A DNA stretch of 36,512 nt. Origin: Squalus acanthias. Lineage: Eukaryota. Position 1 is the stretch's first letter. Each line of letters begins with the position of its first letter. The stretch is from positions 496,001-532,512 of the forward strand of contig JASTWF010000335.1 in assembly GCA_030390025.1 (NCBI GenBank). The letters are read 5' to 3'. Of this stretch, positions 1 through 10,580 are shown piece after piece. The notes under the pieces are model-generated. The model saw only the letters and a program-made list of their open reading frames with translations, was not told where the DNA came from and searched no databases. The position numbers and the translations under genes were made by a program.

Positions 1-306
1 AAAACATATAAAATTCTGACAGATCTGGACAAACTAGATGCAGGAAGAATGTTCCCGATGGTCGGAGAATCCAGAACCAGGGGTCATAATCTAAGGATAA
101 GGGGTAAGCCATTTAGGACAGAAATGAGGAAGAATTTCTTCACCCAGAGAGTGGTGAACCTGTGGAATTCTCTACCACAGAAGGTAGTTGAGGCCAAGTC
201 ATTAAATATATTCAAGAATGAGTTAGACATATTTCTTAAAGCTAAAGGTATCAAGGGATATGGGGAGAAGGAAGGGTAGGGTACTGAGTTTGGATGATCA
301 GCCATG
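1..306 (+). mobile_element. CR1 LINE 3' fragment (ORF2 C-terminus and start of 3'UTR)
   Basis: Translates to TRGHNLRI...RKNFFTQRVVNLWNSLP, a typical CR1 ORF2 C-terminus; near-identical to 13101-13408 and 23283-23588. Confidence 0.9.
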
Positions 307-1190
307 AGATAGGGAGGGTTGTAGGGCTGGAGGAGGTTACAGAGATAGGGAGGGTTGTAGGGGCTGGAGGAGGTTATAGAGCTAGGGAGGGTTGTAGGGC
401 TGGAGGAGGTTACAGAGATAGGGAGTGTTGTCGGGGCTGGAAGAGGTTACAGAGATAGGGAGGGTGTAGGACAGGAGGAGGTTACAGAGATAGGGAGGGC
501 TGTCGAGCTGGAGGAGGTTACAGAGATAGGGAGGGTTGTAGGGGCTGGAGGAGGTTACAGAGATAGGGAGGGTTGTAGGGGCTGGAGGAGGTTACAGAGA
601 TAGGGAGGGTTGTAGGGGCTGGAGGAGGTTACAGAGATAGGGAGGGTTGTAGGGACTGGAGGAGGTTACACAGATAGGGAGGGTTGTAGGGGCTGGAGGA
701 GGTTACAGAGATAGGGAGGGTTGTAGGGACTGGAGGAGGTTACAGAGATAGGGAGGGTTGTATGGCTGGAGGAGGTTACAGAGATAGGGAGGGTTGTAGG
801 GCTGGAGGAGGTTACAGAGATAGGGAGGGTTGTAGGGCTGGAGGAGTTTACAGAGATAGGGAGGGTTGTACGGCTGGAGGAGGTTACAGAGATAGGGAGG
901 GTTGTAGGGCTGGAGGAGGTTACAGAGATAGAGAGGGTTGTTGGGCTGGAGGAGGTTACAGAGATAGGGAGGGTTGTAGGGGCTGGGGGAGGTTACAGAG
1001 ATAGGGAGGGTTGTAGGGGCTGGGGGAGGTTACAGAGATAGGGAGGGTTGTAGGGGCTGGAGGAGGTTACAGAGATAGGGAGGTTGTAGGGCTGGAGGAG
1101 GTTACAGAGATAGGGAGGGTTGTAGGGGCTGGAGGAGGTTACAGAGATAGGGAGGGTTGTAGGGGCTGGAGGAGTTACAGAGATAGGGAG
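307..1190. repeat. Minisatellite, 36-37 bp unit (agagatagggagggttgtaggggctggaggaggttac), ~24 copies, L2-derived
   Basis: Tandem units are visible directly. On the minus strand the unit reads PPYLCNLLQPYN and runs into the adjacent L2 fragment. Confidence 0.92.
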
Positions 1191-1460
1191 GGGCGAGGCC
1201 ATGGGGGGGTACTGGGAGCCAGTGTAGGTCGGCGAGCACTGGGGCGTTGGGTGAACGCGACTTGGTGCGAGTTAGGATAGCAGCATTTTGGATGAGCTGG
1301 AGATTACGGAGGGTGAGGTTGGGATTTCGGCCAGGAGTGCTTTGGAATATTCGACTCTGGAGGTTACAAAGGCATGGGTGAGAGTTTCAGCAGGAGATGG
1401 GCTGAGGCAGGGACGGGAGACGGGCGATGTTACGGAGATGGAAGTAGGCATTCTTGGCGA
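1191..1460 (-). mobile_element. L2-clade LINE ORF2 fragment (degraded)
   Basis: Minus-strand peptide ETLTHAFVTSRVEYSKALLAEIP resembles the L2 motif ETLIHAFVTSRLDYSNALLAGLP. Confidence 0.75.
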
Positions 1461-1693
1461 AGGAGAGACTTGTGAGCTGGCAGTGTGCAATTTCGCGATG
1501 TGCACCCCGGGAATGGGACGATCAGATTTTTTACCCTGGACCGTTGAAAATTCTACACATTCTTTGCAGCTTCGAACTGAAAGTGTGACAGAATTTCAGT
1601 GCCTGTTTGGTTAATCATTTCACCTGCAGTGTCCTGTAAAACAAACCTCAAATGCTACAGATAGATGACTCAATTAAATATTTGTTGTATGCG

Positions 1694-2371
1694 ACCCTGA
1701 GGAAGAGAGTGTTTGAAGACCAGGACCTCAAACCCGGCACCAAGCTCATGGTCTACAGAGCAGCAGTGATACCCGCCCTCATGTATGCCTCAGAGACATG
1801 GACCATGTACAGCAGGCACCTCAAAGCACTGGAGAGGTACTACCAACGCTGCCTCCGCAAGATCCTGCAAATCCATTGGCAGGATAGGCGCATCAATGTC
1901 AGTGTTCTCGCTCAGCCCAACATCCCCAGCATCAAAGCTTTGACCACGCTCGATCAGCTCCGATGGACGGGTCACATCGTCCGCATGCCCGATACAAGAC
2001 TCCCAAAACAAGCGCTCTACTCGGAGCTCCAACGCGGCAAGAGAGCCCCAAGTGGGCAGAGGAAATGCTTCAAGGACACCCTCAAAGCCTCCTTGAAAAA
2101 GTGCAACATCCCCTCCGACACCTGGGAATCCCTGGCCCAAGACCGCACAAAGTGGAGGAGAAGCATCCGGGAAGGCGCCGAACACCTTGAGTCTCTTCGC
2201 TGGGAGCAAGCGGAAGCCAAGCGCAAACAGCGGAAGGAGCGCACGTCAACCCAAGCACTTCACCCACCCGCCCCTTCAACCACCGTCTGCCCCACCTGTG
2301 ACAAGAGACTGTCGGTCCCGCATTGGACTCATCAGTCACCTGAGAACTCATTTTTAATGTGGAAGCAAGTC
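1694..2371 (+). mobile_element. RTE-clade LINE 3' fragment
   Basis: Peptide TKLMVYRAAVIPALMYASETW...LRWTGHIVRMPDTRLPKQALYSEL, followed by a frameshifted C2H2-like end (CPTCD...IGLISHLRTH). Confidence 0.85.
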
Positions 2372-2888
2372 TGAAGGGATAATTACAAGTCCTAGCCCTT
2401 TCAGACTCCCCCAGATCAGGCGTATTCCCCAGACGTTTACCTTCAACTAAAGTTAGCGGTAGCCGGATCCTCTCAGACGCTTAATTGGGTCTAAAGGTCA
2501 GTCTACCTCTCCCTAAAGGAAAGAAACGGTCTAAAGATGTTACCGTCCTCCAGATAGTACTTTTAATAAGTTTAACTAGACTGTAACCTTCTGGACATTA
2601 TGAGGGTCCGGAATACCCCCCAGAATTCTGCAACTCCTTTGAGTGTACAGAATTTGAGTTCGCAAGATGATACAGAATACTCTTTGAGATTATTCTAAAA
2701 ATATATACATTTATTACAGAACCGACATTTAGTTAACATTTATTATGGCAATCGCAACTTTAATCGTTCAAAATACAAATAGCTTACATTATCTTATTCT
2801 CAGATCTTTATTCTCAAATCTTAACTTCGTTACATTTCCACAATTCTACTTATTTCTCAATCCAGAATATCCACCAAAATCAAATATA

Positions 2889-3925
2889 GTGGCAGGCAGT
2901 GACTTGTGGGGTACCGCAGGGATCGGTCCTAGGACCCCAGCTATTCACAATATATATTAATAATCTAGACGAGGGAACGAGATGTAATATCTCCAAGTTT
3001 GCAGACGACACAAAGCTGGGTGGGCGTGTGTGCTGTGAGGAGGATGCCGAAAAACTCCAGTATGATTTGGACAGGTTGAGTGATTGGACAGAATCATGGC
3101 AGATGCATAATGTGGATAAATGCGAGGTTATCCACTTTGGTGTCAAAAACGGGAAGGCAGATTATTATCTGAATGGCAATAGATTGAGAGAAGGGGAAGT
3201 GCAACGAGACCTGGGTGTCCTTGTGCACCAGTCGCTGAAGGTAAGCATGCAGGTGCAGCAGGCGGTTAAAAAGGCAAATGGTATGTTGGCCTTCGTAGCG
3301 AGAGGGTTCGAATACAGGAACAAGGATGTCTTGCTGCAGTTGTACAGGGCCTTGGTGAGACCACACCTTGAGTATTGTGTGCAGTTTTGGTCGCCTTATC
3401 TGAGGAAGGATGTTCTTGCCATGGAGGGAGTGCAGCGAAGATTCACCAGGCTGATACCTGGGATGGCAGGAATGACGTACGAGGAGAGATTGGGTCGATT
3501 GGGCTTATACTCGCTGGAGTTTAGAAGAATGAGAGGGGATCTCATTGAAACTTATAAAGTTCTAACAGGACTAGACAGACCAGATGCAGGAAGGATGTTC
3601 CCGATGGCCGGGGAGTCCAGAACCAGGGGTCACAGTCTAAGGATAAGGGGTAAGCCATTTAGGACTGAGATGAGGAGGAATTTCTTCACCCAGAGAGTGG
3701 TGAACCTGTGGAATTCTCTACCACAGAAGGCAGTGGAGGCCAATTCATTAAATATATTCAAGAAGGAGTTAGATATATTTCTTAAGGCTAAAGGGATCAA
3801 GGGATATGAGGAAAAGGCAGGTACAGGGTACTGAATTTGGATGATCAGCAATGATCTCATTGAATGGCGGAGCAGGCTCGAGGGGCCGAATGGCCTACTC
3901 CTGCTCCTATCTTCTATGTTTCTCA
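2889..3925 (+). mobile_element. CR1 LINE, 5'-truncated (RT C-terminal half and 3'UTR)
   Basis: ORF 2899-3834 with [18 protein letters not shown] and LEYCVQFWSP; 3' tail ctatcttctatgtttct. Confidence 0.93.
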
Positions 3926-3984
3926 TTAATTAGGTAAGGTAGTGCTTTTCTGATGTTGAAGCTGAGGATTGTTATTGGCCAAAG

Positions 3985-5106
3985 AAAAAAAAGAAAGACT
4001 TGCATTTATATAGCGCCTTTCACAACCTCAGGACGTCCCAAAGCACTTTACAGCCAATGAAGTCTTTTTGAAGTGTAGTCACTGTTGTAATGTAGGAAAC
4101 GTGGCCGCCAATTTGTGCACAGTAAGCTCCCACAAACAGCAATGTGATAATGACCAGATAATCTGTTTTAGTGATGTTGGTTGAAGGATAAATATTGGCC
4201 AGCACACCGGGGATAACTCCCCTGCTCTTCTTTGAAATAGTGTCATGGAATCTTTTACATCTACCTGAGAGAAAAGATGGGGGGCTGGATTTTGATACTG
4301 GGGCGGGTTGGGGTCGTGTTATCCAGCCGACTGCATTTGGATGTGGGAGATTGAAGCAAATTTTCACCTAATTGGGCAATTGAGTTCCAGCATGTGGGAA
4401 CCCATGAACCAATTAGTGTTCTCAGTCTGAAAGTCGCCTCTGATGATGTCATCATTGCTGCTGCATTGAAGGTCTTCAGAGACTGCCTGGCCTTTGCTGT
4501 GAGAGGACCTGGATGCAAAATGAGCAGCAGCAGTCCTAAGTTTGCTCCCAGATATTTTTACACCACCACTCCCAGATATGTCTCCTCTCCATCCATCCAT
4601 ATATGCATCCCCACAGCCAGCCAGCGTCAACTATCCATATCCAAATGTGCTCCCGCCAGGTTTCACAATCGTGGTTCAGAACAGACGTAGAACAAGGGTT
4701 AAAATCACAAAGGCCTTTCAAAATGGCATTATAGAGCCAATTTAGTGCTTGTTAAGGGCCTTAACAACCTATCCCGCCTCTTAAAGGCGGGACGCAGTCG
4801 GGACCAGCAGACACGATTTAATGAAAATTGCGTGGAGGCGGGATGGAGGCGGACTTGTGCCCGCCCGCCAGTTTTCGCAATTTTAACCCCCCCACACGCC
4901 TCCAAACCCGCCTCCACGGGTCAATGAAAATCCAGCCCGGGGTCTCAGTTTAACGTCTCATCCGAAAGACGGCACCTCCAACAGTGCAGCATTCCCTCAG
5001 TACTGCACTGGGAGTGTCAGCCTAGATTTTTGTGCTCAAGTCTCTGGAGTGGGTCATGAACCCACAAGCTTCGGGCTCAATGCTACCAACTGAGCCCAGC
5101 TGACAC
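3985..5106 (-). mobile_element. tRNA-headed Deu-domain SINE with L2-like tail, split by a MITE at 4282-4938
   Basis: Minus-strand head gtgtcagctgggctcagttggtagc...gggttca (A/B boxes); Deu-like core ggaggtgccgtctttcggatgagacg; tail aaggcgctatataaatgcaagtctttc. Collinear with the uninterrupted copy at 35505-35976. Confidence 0.8.
4282..4938. mobile_element. Non-autonomous DNA transposon (MITE family 2), copy 1
   Basis: TIRs GGGCTGGATTTT...AAAATCCAGCCC. Flanking G-runs total 7 G versus 4 G in the empty SINE site, consistent with a 3-bp GGG TSD. Confidence 0.85.
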
Positions 5107-5387
5107 AGGGAGCTTCACTTGATATATATAACTGTGTTATACCACCCCTCGCAGTGATAAATGCTGAGACTGGGTGGCTAACATTGAAATGATGTCCATT
5201 CTCAAGCACACAATTCACATTTTCTATCTAAGTTCACTAGAGTGCATTTCATCTGTTTATTAAAAACCTTATCAGCACTTATTACACAGAGAAACAGCAT
5301 TTTGTTGACGATGAAAATAATACTCTGCCTTTGATTTAATTCAAAGTTGTTTCAATGAAGGCTGCACTGCAATGATAGATAAGATCA

Positions 5388-5485
5388 GACCTTGAGTACT
5401 GTGTGCAGTTTTGGTCGCCTTATCTGAGGAAGGATGTTCTTGCCATGGAAGGAGTTCAGCGAAGATTCACAAGGCTGATACCTGG
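5388..5485 (+). mobile_element. Short internal CR1 ORF2 fragment
   Basis: Matches 12919-13014 (LEYCVQFWSPYLRKDVLAMEGVQRRFTRLIP). Confidence 0.85.
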
Positions 5486-5496
5486 AGGAACTCATA

Positions 5497-6131
5497 GGGC
5501 TGGATTTTGATACTGGGGCGGGTTGGGGTCGTGTTATCCACCCGCCTGCAATTGGATGTGGGAGATTGATGCAATTTTCACCTCATTGGGCAATTGAGTT
5601 CCAGCATGTGGGAACCCATGAACCAATGAGTGGTTTCAGTCTGAAAGTCGCCTCTGATGATGTCATCATTGCTGCTGCATTGAAGGTCTTCAGAGACTGC
5701 CTGGCCTTTGCTGTGAGAGGACCTGCACAATGAGCAGCAGCCCCCCTAGGTCTGCTCCCAGATATTTTTCCTACTACTACTACTACTCCGTTGTAATCGT
5801 GGACCTCCAGCTGATAGTCAGCTTTCGAAATGTGCTCCCGCCAGGTTTCACAATCGTGGTTCAGAACAGGCGTGCTTCACGTAGAACAAGGGTTAAAATC
5901 ACAAAGGCCTTTCAAAATGGCATTATAGAGCCAATTTCGTGCTTGTTAAGGGCCTTAACAGCCTATCCCGTCTCTTAGAGGCGGGACGGTGTCGGGACCA
6001 GCAGACACGATTTAATGAAAATTGCGTGGAGGCGGGATGGAGGCGGACTTGTGCCCGCCCGCCAGTTTTTGCAATTTTAACCCCCCACACGCCTCCAAAC
6101 CCGCCTCCACGGGTCAATGAAAATCCAGCCC
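5497..6131. mobile_element. MITE family 2, copy 2
   Basis: Same TIRs as 4282-4938 and highly similar arms, but a different central segment. Flanked by ta|...|ta. Confidence 0.85.
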
Positions 6132-6141
6132 TAAGAGTCTT

Positions 6142-6540
6142 ATCTCATTCAAACGCATAAAATTCTGACAGGACTCGACAGACTGGATGCAGGGAGGATG
6201 TTTCCCCTGGCTGGGGGGGTCCAGAACGAGGAGTCACCGTCTCAGGATACGGGGTAGGACATTTAGGACTGAGATGAGGAGAAATTTCTTCACTCAGAGG
6301 GTGGGGTGAACCTGTGGAATTCTCCACCACAGAAGGCTGTGGAGGCCAAGTCACTGAATATATTTAAGGAGGAGATCGATAGATTTCTAGACACAAAAGG
6401 CATCAAGGGGTATGGGGAGAGAGCGGGAATATGGTATTGAGATAGAGGATCAGCCATGATCATATTGAATGGCGGAGCAGGCTCGAAGGGCCGAATGGCC
6501 GACTCCTGCTCCTATTTTTCTATGTTTCTATGTTTCTATC
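6142..6540 (+). mobile_element. CR1 LINE 3' end (second subfamily)
   Basis: CR1 C-terminal coding remnant, 3'UTR hairpin gctcgaagggccgaatggcc and (tatgtttc)n tail. Confidence 0.88.
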
Positions 6541-7039
6541 AGCTTATACAAGGAGTCGTGCTTTCTGTTTTACACATTCAGTCAGATAGTGCTGAAATAC
6601 TAAAACAGGAAATGAGACCAGAATAGGACATCGTCTACTGGATATCGCTGATGTTCCTGTGTGGTTTTTGCTGCAATGTTTTGAGTCACGCAGCACAGTA
6701 GAGACAGAACGACAGTTGACACATTCCCCACCTTGAAGACCACCCCCACCCCCCAGACCCAATACCGGGGGAGCAGCACGGGCCGGTAATGGAAAGTCAA
6801 GCGAACCCTTGTGTCGCACTATCTAAGGAGGCTGTGGAAAAGTGAGAGGAAAGTACTTGGAATCGCCGGTGAGGGGAGCGCCGATAGACTTGACGTGGCT
6901 GTGAGTGATTAATGGGATTGTGTACTGTTCACATCGCGGGTAGTTTTACCGAGGTGCCGACCCATGTAAAATAAACAGGTTAACAGCAGAGCTGAAATGA
7001 GAGAGTCTGGCAGACAGAGGGCCGCCTGACTGAGACACG

Positions 7040-8790
7040 GGGATTGAGGAGGGAGACAGAGAGAGAGGAGAGAGAATTACCAGGGAAAGAGAGCGAGAGT
7101 GAACGAGAGGAGAGAGAAAGAGAGAGCAGGGAAGAGAGACAGAGTGAGAGAGGGGAAGAGAGAGAGACAGAGGGAGAGAGGGAAAGAGAGAGAGTGAGAG
7201 AGGGTAAGAGAGAGAGTGAGAGAGGGGAAGAGAGAGACAGTGTGAGAGAGGGGAAGAGAGAGAGACAGAGTGAGAGAGAGGAAGAGAGAGAATGAGAGAG
7301 GGGAAGAGAGTGAGACAGAGTGAGAGAGGGGAAGAGAGAGACAGTGTGAGAGAGGGGAAGAGAGAGAGACAGAGTGAGAGAGAGGAAGAGAGAGAATGAG
7401 AGAGGGGAAGAGAGAGAGACAGAGTGAGAGAGGGGAAGAGAGAGAGACAGAGTGAGAGAGGGGAAGAGAGAGAGAGACAGAGTGAGAGAGGGGAAGAGAG
7501 AGAGACAGAGTGAGAGAGGGGAAGAGAGAGAGAGAGGAAGAGAGAGAGACAGAGTGAGAGAGAGGAAGAGAGAGAGATAGAGTGAGAGAGGGGAAGCGAG
7601 AGATAGAGTGAGAGAGGGGAAGAGAGAGATAGAGTGAGAGAGGGGAAGAGGGAGAGAGAGACAGAGGGGAGAGAAAGAGATAGTGGGGAAGAGAGAGAGA
7701 GAGACAGAGTGAGAGAGAGGAAGAGAGAGAGACAGAGTGAGAGAGGGGAAGCGAGAGATAGAGTGAGAGAGGGGAAGAGAGAGATAGAGTGAGAGAGGGG
7801 AAGCGAGAGATAGAGTGAGAGAGGGGAAGAGAGAGATAGAGTGAGAGAGGGGAAGAGAGAGATAGAGTGAGAGAGGGGAACAGAGAGAGACAGAGTGAGA
7901 GAGGGGAACAGATAGAGACAGAGAGGGGAGAGAAAGAGATAGTGGGGCAGAGAGAGAGAGACAGAGTGAGAGAGAGGAAGAGACAGAGACAGAGTGAGAG
8001 AGGGGAAGAGACAGAGACAGAGTGAGAGAGAGGAAGAGAGAGAGACAGAGTGAGAGAGAGGAAGAGAGAGAGATAGAGTGAGAGAGGGGAAGAGAGAGAG
8101 AGACAGAGTGAGAGAGAGGAAGAGAGAGAGACAGAGTGAGAGAGGGGAAGCGAGAGATAGAGTGAGAGAGGGGAAGAGAGAGATAGAGTGAGAGAGAGGA
8201 ACAGAGAGAGACAGAGTGAGAGAGGGGAACAGAGAGATAGAGTGAGAGAGGGGAACAGAGAGAGACAGAGTGAGAGAGGGGAAGAGAGAGATAGAGTGAG
8301 AGAGGGGAAGAGAGAGACAGAGTGAGAGAGGGGAACAGAGAGAGACAGAGTGAGAGAGGGGAAGAGAGAGAGACAGAGGGAAAGAGGGGGAAGAGAGAGA
8401 GACAGATAAAGGAGAAAATGATAGAGCGGTGAGAGGGAAGAGATGGAAGAGAGATGGAAAGGTGGAGAGACACAGAGGGGAGAGAAAAAGTCAGAGAGGA
8501 GATAAAGAGTCAGGCAGACAGCGGATAAAGAGAGAGAGAAACAGATAGAGAGCGAGGAGAGGGACAGAGAGAGAATCAGGCAGACTCAGGGGAACAGGGC
8601 TGAGACAGTGACTGAGGGGAGAAAGAGAGAGGGGACGAGAGAGACAGAAAGAATGAGACACACAGAGAGAAGGGAAAAAGAGACAGAGAAAGAGAGAGGG
8701 AGGGGAGAAAGAGACAGAAAAGAAAGAGATGCAGAAAGGGTGAGAGAAAAGGGAGAGAGAGAAAGAGAAATAGTGAGACTAGAGAGTGGA
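7040..8790. repeat. GA-rich polypurine satellite (unit ~agacagagtgagagaggggaagagag)
   Basis: About 1.7 kb of almost pure A/G on the plus strand with a degenerate 26-30 bp period. Confidence 0.95.
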
Positions 8791-9044
8791 AATGACTATC
8801 CTTGATCATCGTGTCCCAAGCCTTAACACGTGCATTTACTGTTTCTCTGTCTTATATTACAATGGAGGGATTGACTCATTCAAAGTAAATATGTTGATGC
8901 TGCCATTAAAGGTCAGAGAACAGTTACAGGAGCACGTTGCCCGCTGATACCACCAACTATCATTTCCAGACTTATAACTGATAACTCATCCAAGAAATGG
9001 TGCTGAACAGCAAACCGATCGCCCTTTACGGAAAGAAAGACTTG

Positions 9045-9943
9045 GGGAGGAAACTTCAGTTGGTCGCGCCTCCCGTTAGCGCCTTAAGAGGGCGCTAATG
9101 GGACGCAAAGCAACTAGCGCCCGGGCGCGGCGATGTTAGCACCACTCGCGAAATTAACAACACATTTTGCGGCAGTGCTAAACAGTACCGCCACGAACTC
9201 CTGCGCCGGCAGATCGTGACGTCAGTCGAGTGCGCAACGCCCCGGTAGCGCCCCGGAGCGGAAATTGAGTGGCGCCCCCTGCCTTACCGCCTGCCGCTAG
9301 CAACGACAGGTTGAGGGGAGCGTTCTGCAGTCAGGAAGGGACTGGGGGAGCACTATTTAATGGCGACCGCTTCCTGCCTTTTTTTGTTGGTGACATTTTT
9401 GAACCACGCATTCTGAGAGAGAGAGAGAGAGAGAGAGACTTCTGGAGAGATTCAACGCTGTGTGAAGGAGTTTTGGGTACTGAGCAGCACTTTGCAGGTT
9501 CATTTTGATTTGCCCTTCCTTGTATCGATTTAGAAGAGACTGTGGGGGCTGCACTCTGAGCTCTTTCCCTAGGCCTCTCCATTGTTCTTTCCAGCAGATT
9601 TGATGTACAGGTCTCTCCAGGCCGAGATTCAAGGCTGCAATGAGCAGGATGTGGATGGAAAGCAAGATTAACCCTCGCCTTTAAGAACTGGCCGGGGCCA
9701 TTGTGTGTGTGTTCCATTGCTGACTGACATCACATGAGCTTCGCCAGCGCTCTGAGTTAGCGCCTCGCTCCTTGGCCTTTGCGCCTTAAGACAGAAGTGT
9801 AGCGCCTGATTTAGCGCTCCAATCACCTCCAGGGGCGATAAAAGTCAAGTTTGCAGTCGGAGGCGATAATTAGCGGCAGGAGCTAATCTTTGCGCCCGGC
9901 CGATAATTGCGCCCCAAACGGTGCGATACTGAATTTTTCCCCC
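9045..9943. mobile_element. Harbinger MITE (family 1), copy 1, related to element A at 17860-21934
   Basis: TIRs gggaggaaacttcagt / actgaatttttccccc; TTG TSD (9042-9044, 9944-9946). Both arms are homologous to the ends of element A. Confidence 0.92.
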
Positions 9944-9968
9944 TTGCGTTCATACAGCGCCTTGTGTG

Positions 9969-10235
9969 AAGTGGTGTCCCCCAGGGGGTCGGTATTAGCG
10001 CCATTGCTCTTTTTGATATATATATTAATGAGCTGGACTTGGGTACCCAGGGCACCATTTCAAAGTTTGCAGGTGACACAAAACCCGCAAATGTAGTAAA
10101 CAGTGTGGAGGATAGAAACAGACTTCAGAAGGACATAGACAAGACATGGCAGCTGCAATTTAACACAGAGAAGTGATTCATTTTGGTAGGAAGAATGAGG
10201 AGAGGCAACATAAATTAAATGGTGCAATTTTACAT
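9969..10235 (+). mobile_element. Degraded CR1 RT fragment
   Basis: Frameshifted SGVPQGSVL / SKFAGDTK / IHFGRKN remnants. Confidence 0.7.
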
Positions 10236-10376
10236 CGGATATACGGCACAGAAACACACCATTCGGCCCAACCAGTCCATGCCGGCGTTTATGCTCCACT
10301 CGAGCCTCCTCCCGTCTTTCCTCATCTAACTCTATCAGCATTACCCTCTATTCCCTTCTCCCTCATATGCTTATAC

Positions 10377-10580
10377 GATAGCAAAATACTGCGGATGCTG
10401 GAAATCCGAAATAACAACAGAAAACGCTGGGAAAACTCAGCAGGCCAGGCAGCATCTGTGGAGAGAGAAAGAGAGTTAACGTTTCAGGTCGATGACCTTT
10501 CATCAGAACTGGGAAGAGCCGGAAATCAAATAGATTTAAGGCCAGGGTAAAGCTGGGAAAAGGGGGAGGGGATAAAGGAA
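10377..10580 (-). mobile_element. Penelope-like terminal (pLTR) fragment
   Basis: Homologous to 16824-16960, which adjoins a GIY-YIG coding fragment. Confidence 0.75.
10470..10512 (-). ncRNA. Putative minimal hammerhead ribozyme motif
   Basis: Minus strand reads CTGATGA-a-aggtc-atc-gacct-GAAAC-gttaac: both conserved core boxes around a 5-bp stem II. Stems I and III are not clearly resolved. Confidence 0.55.

Noticed and set aside
2373..2885. Possible LTR fragment on the minus strand
   Set aside because: Has AATAAA signals, but I found no PBS, polypurine tract or second copy; left unassigned.
6980..8473. 497-aa Ser/Leu-rich ORF
   Set aside because: Translation of a CT/GA satellite that lacks stop codons by composition.
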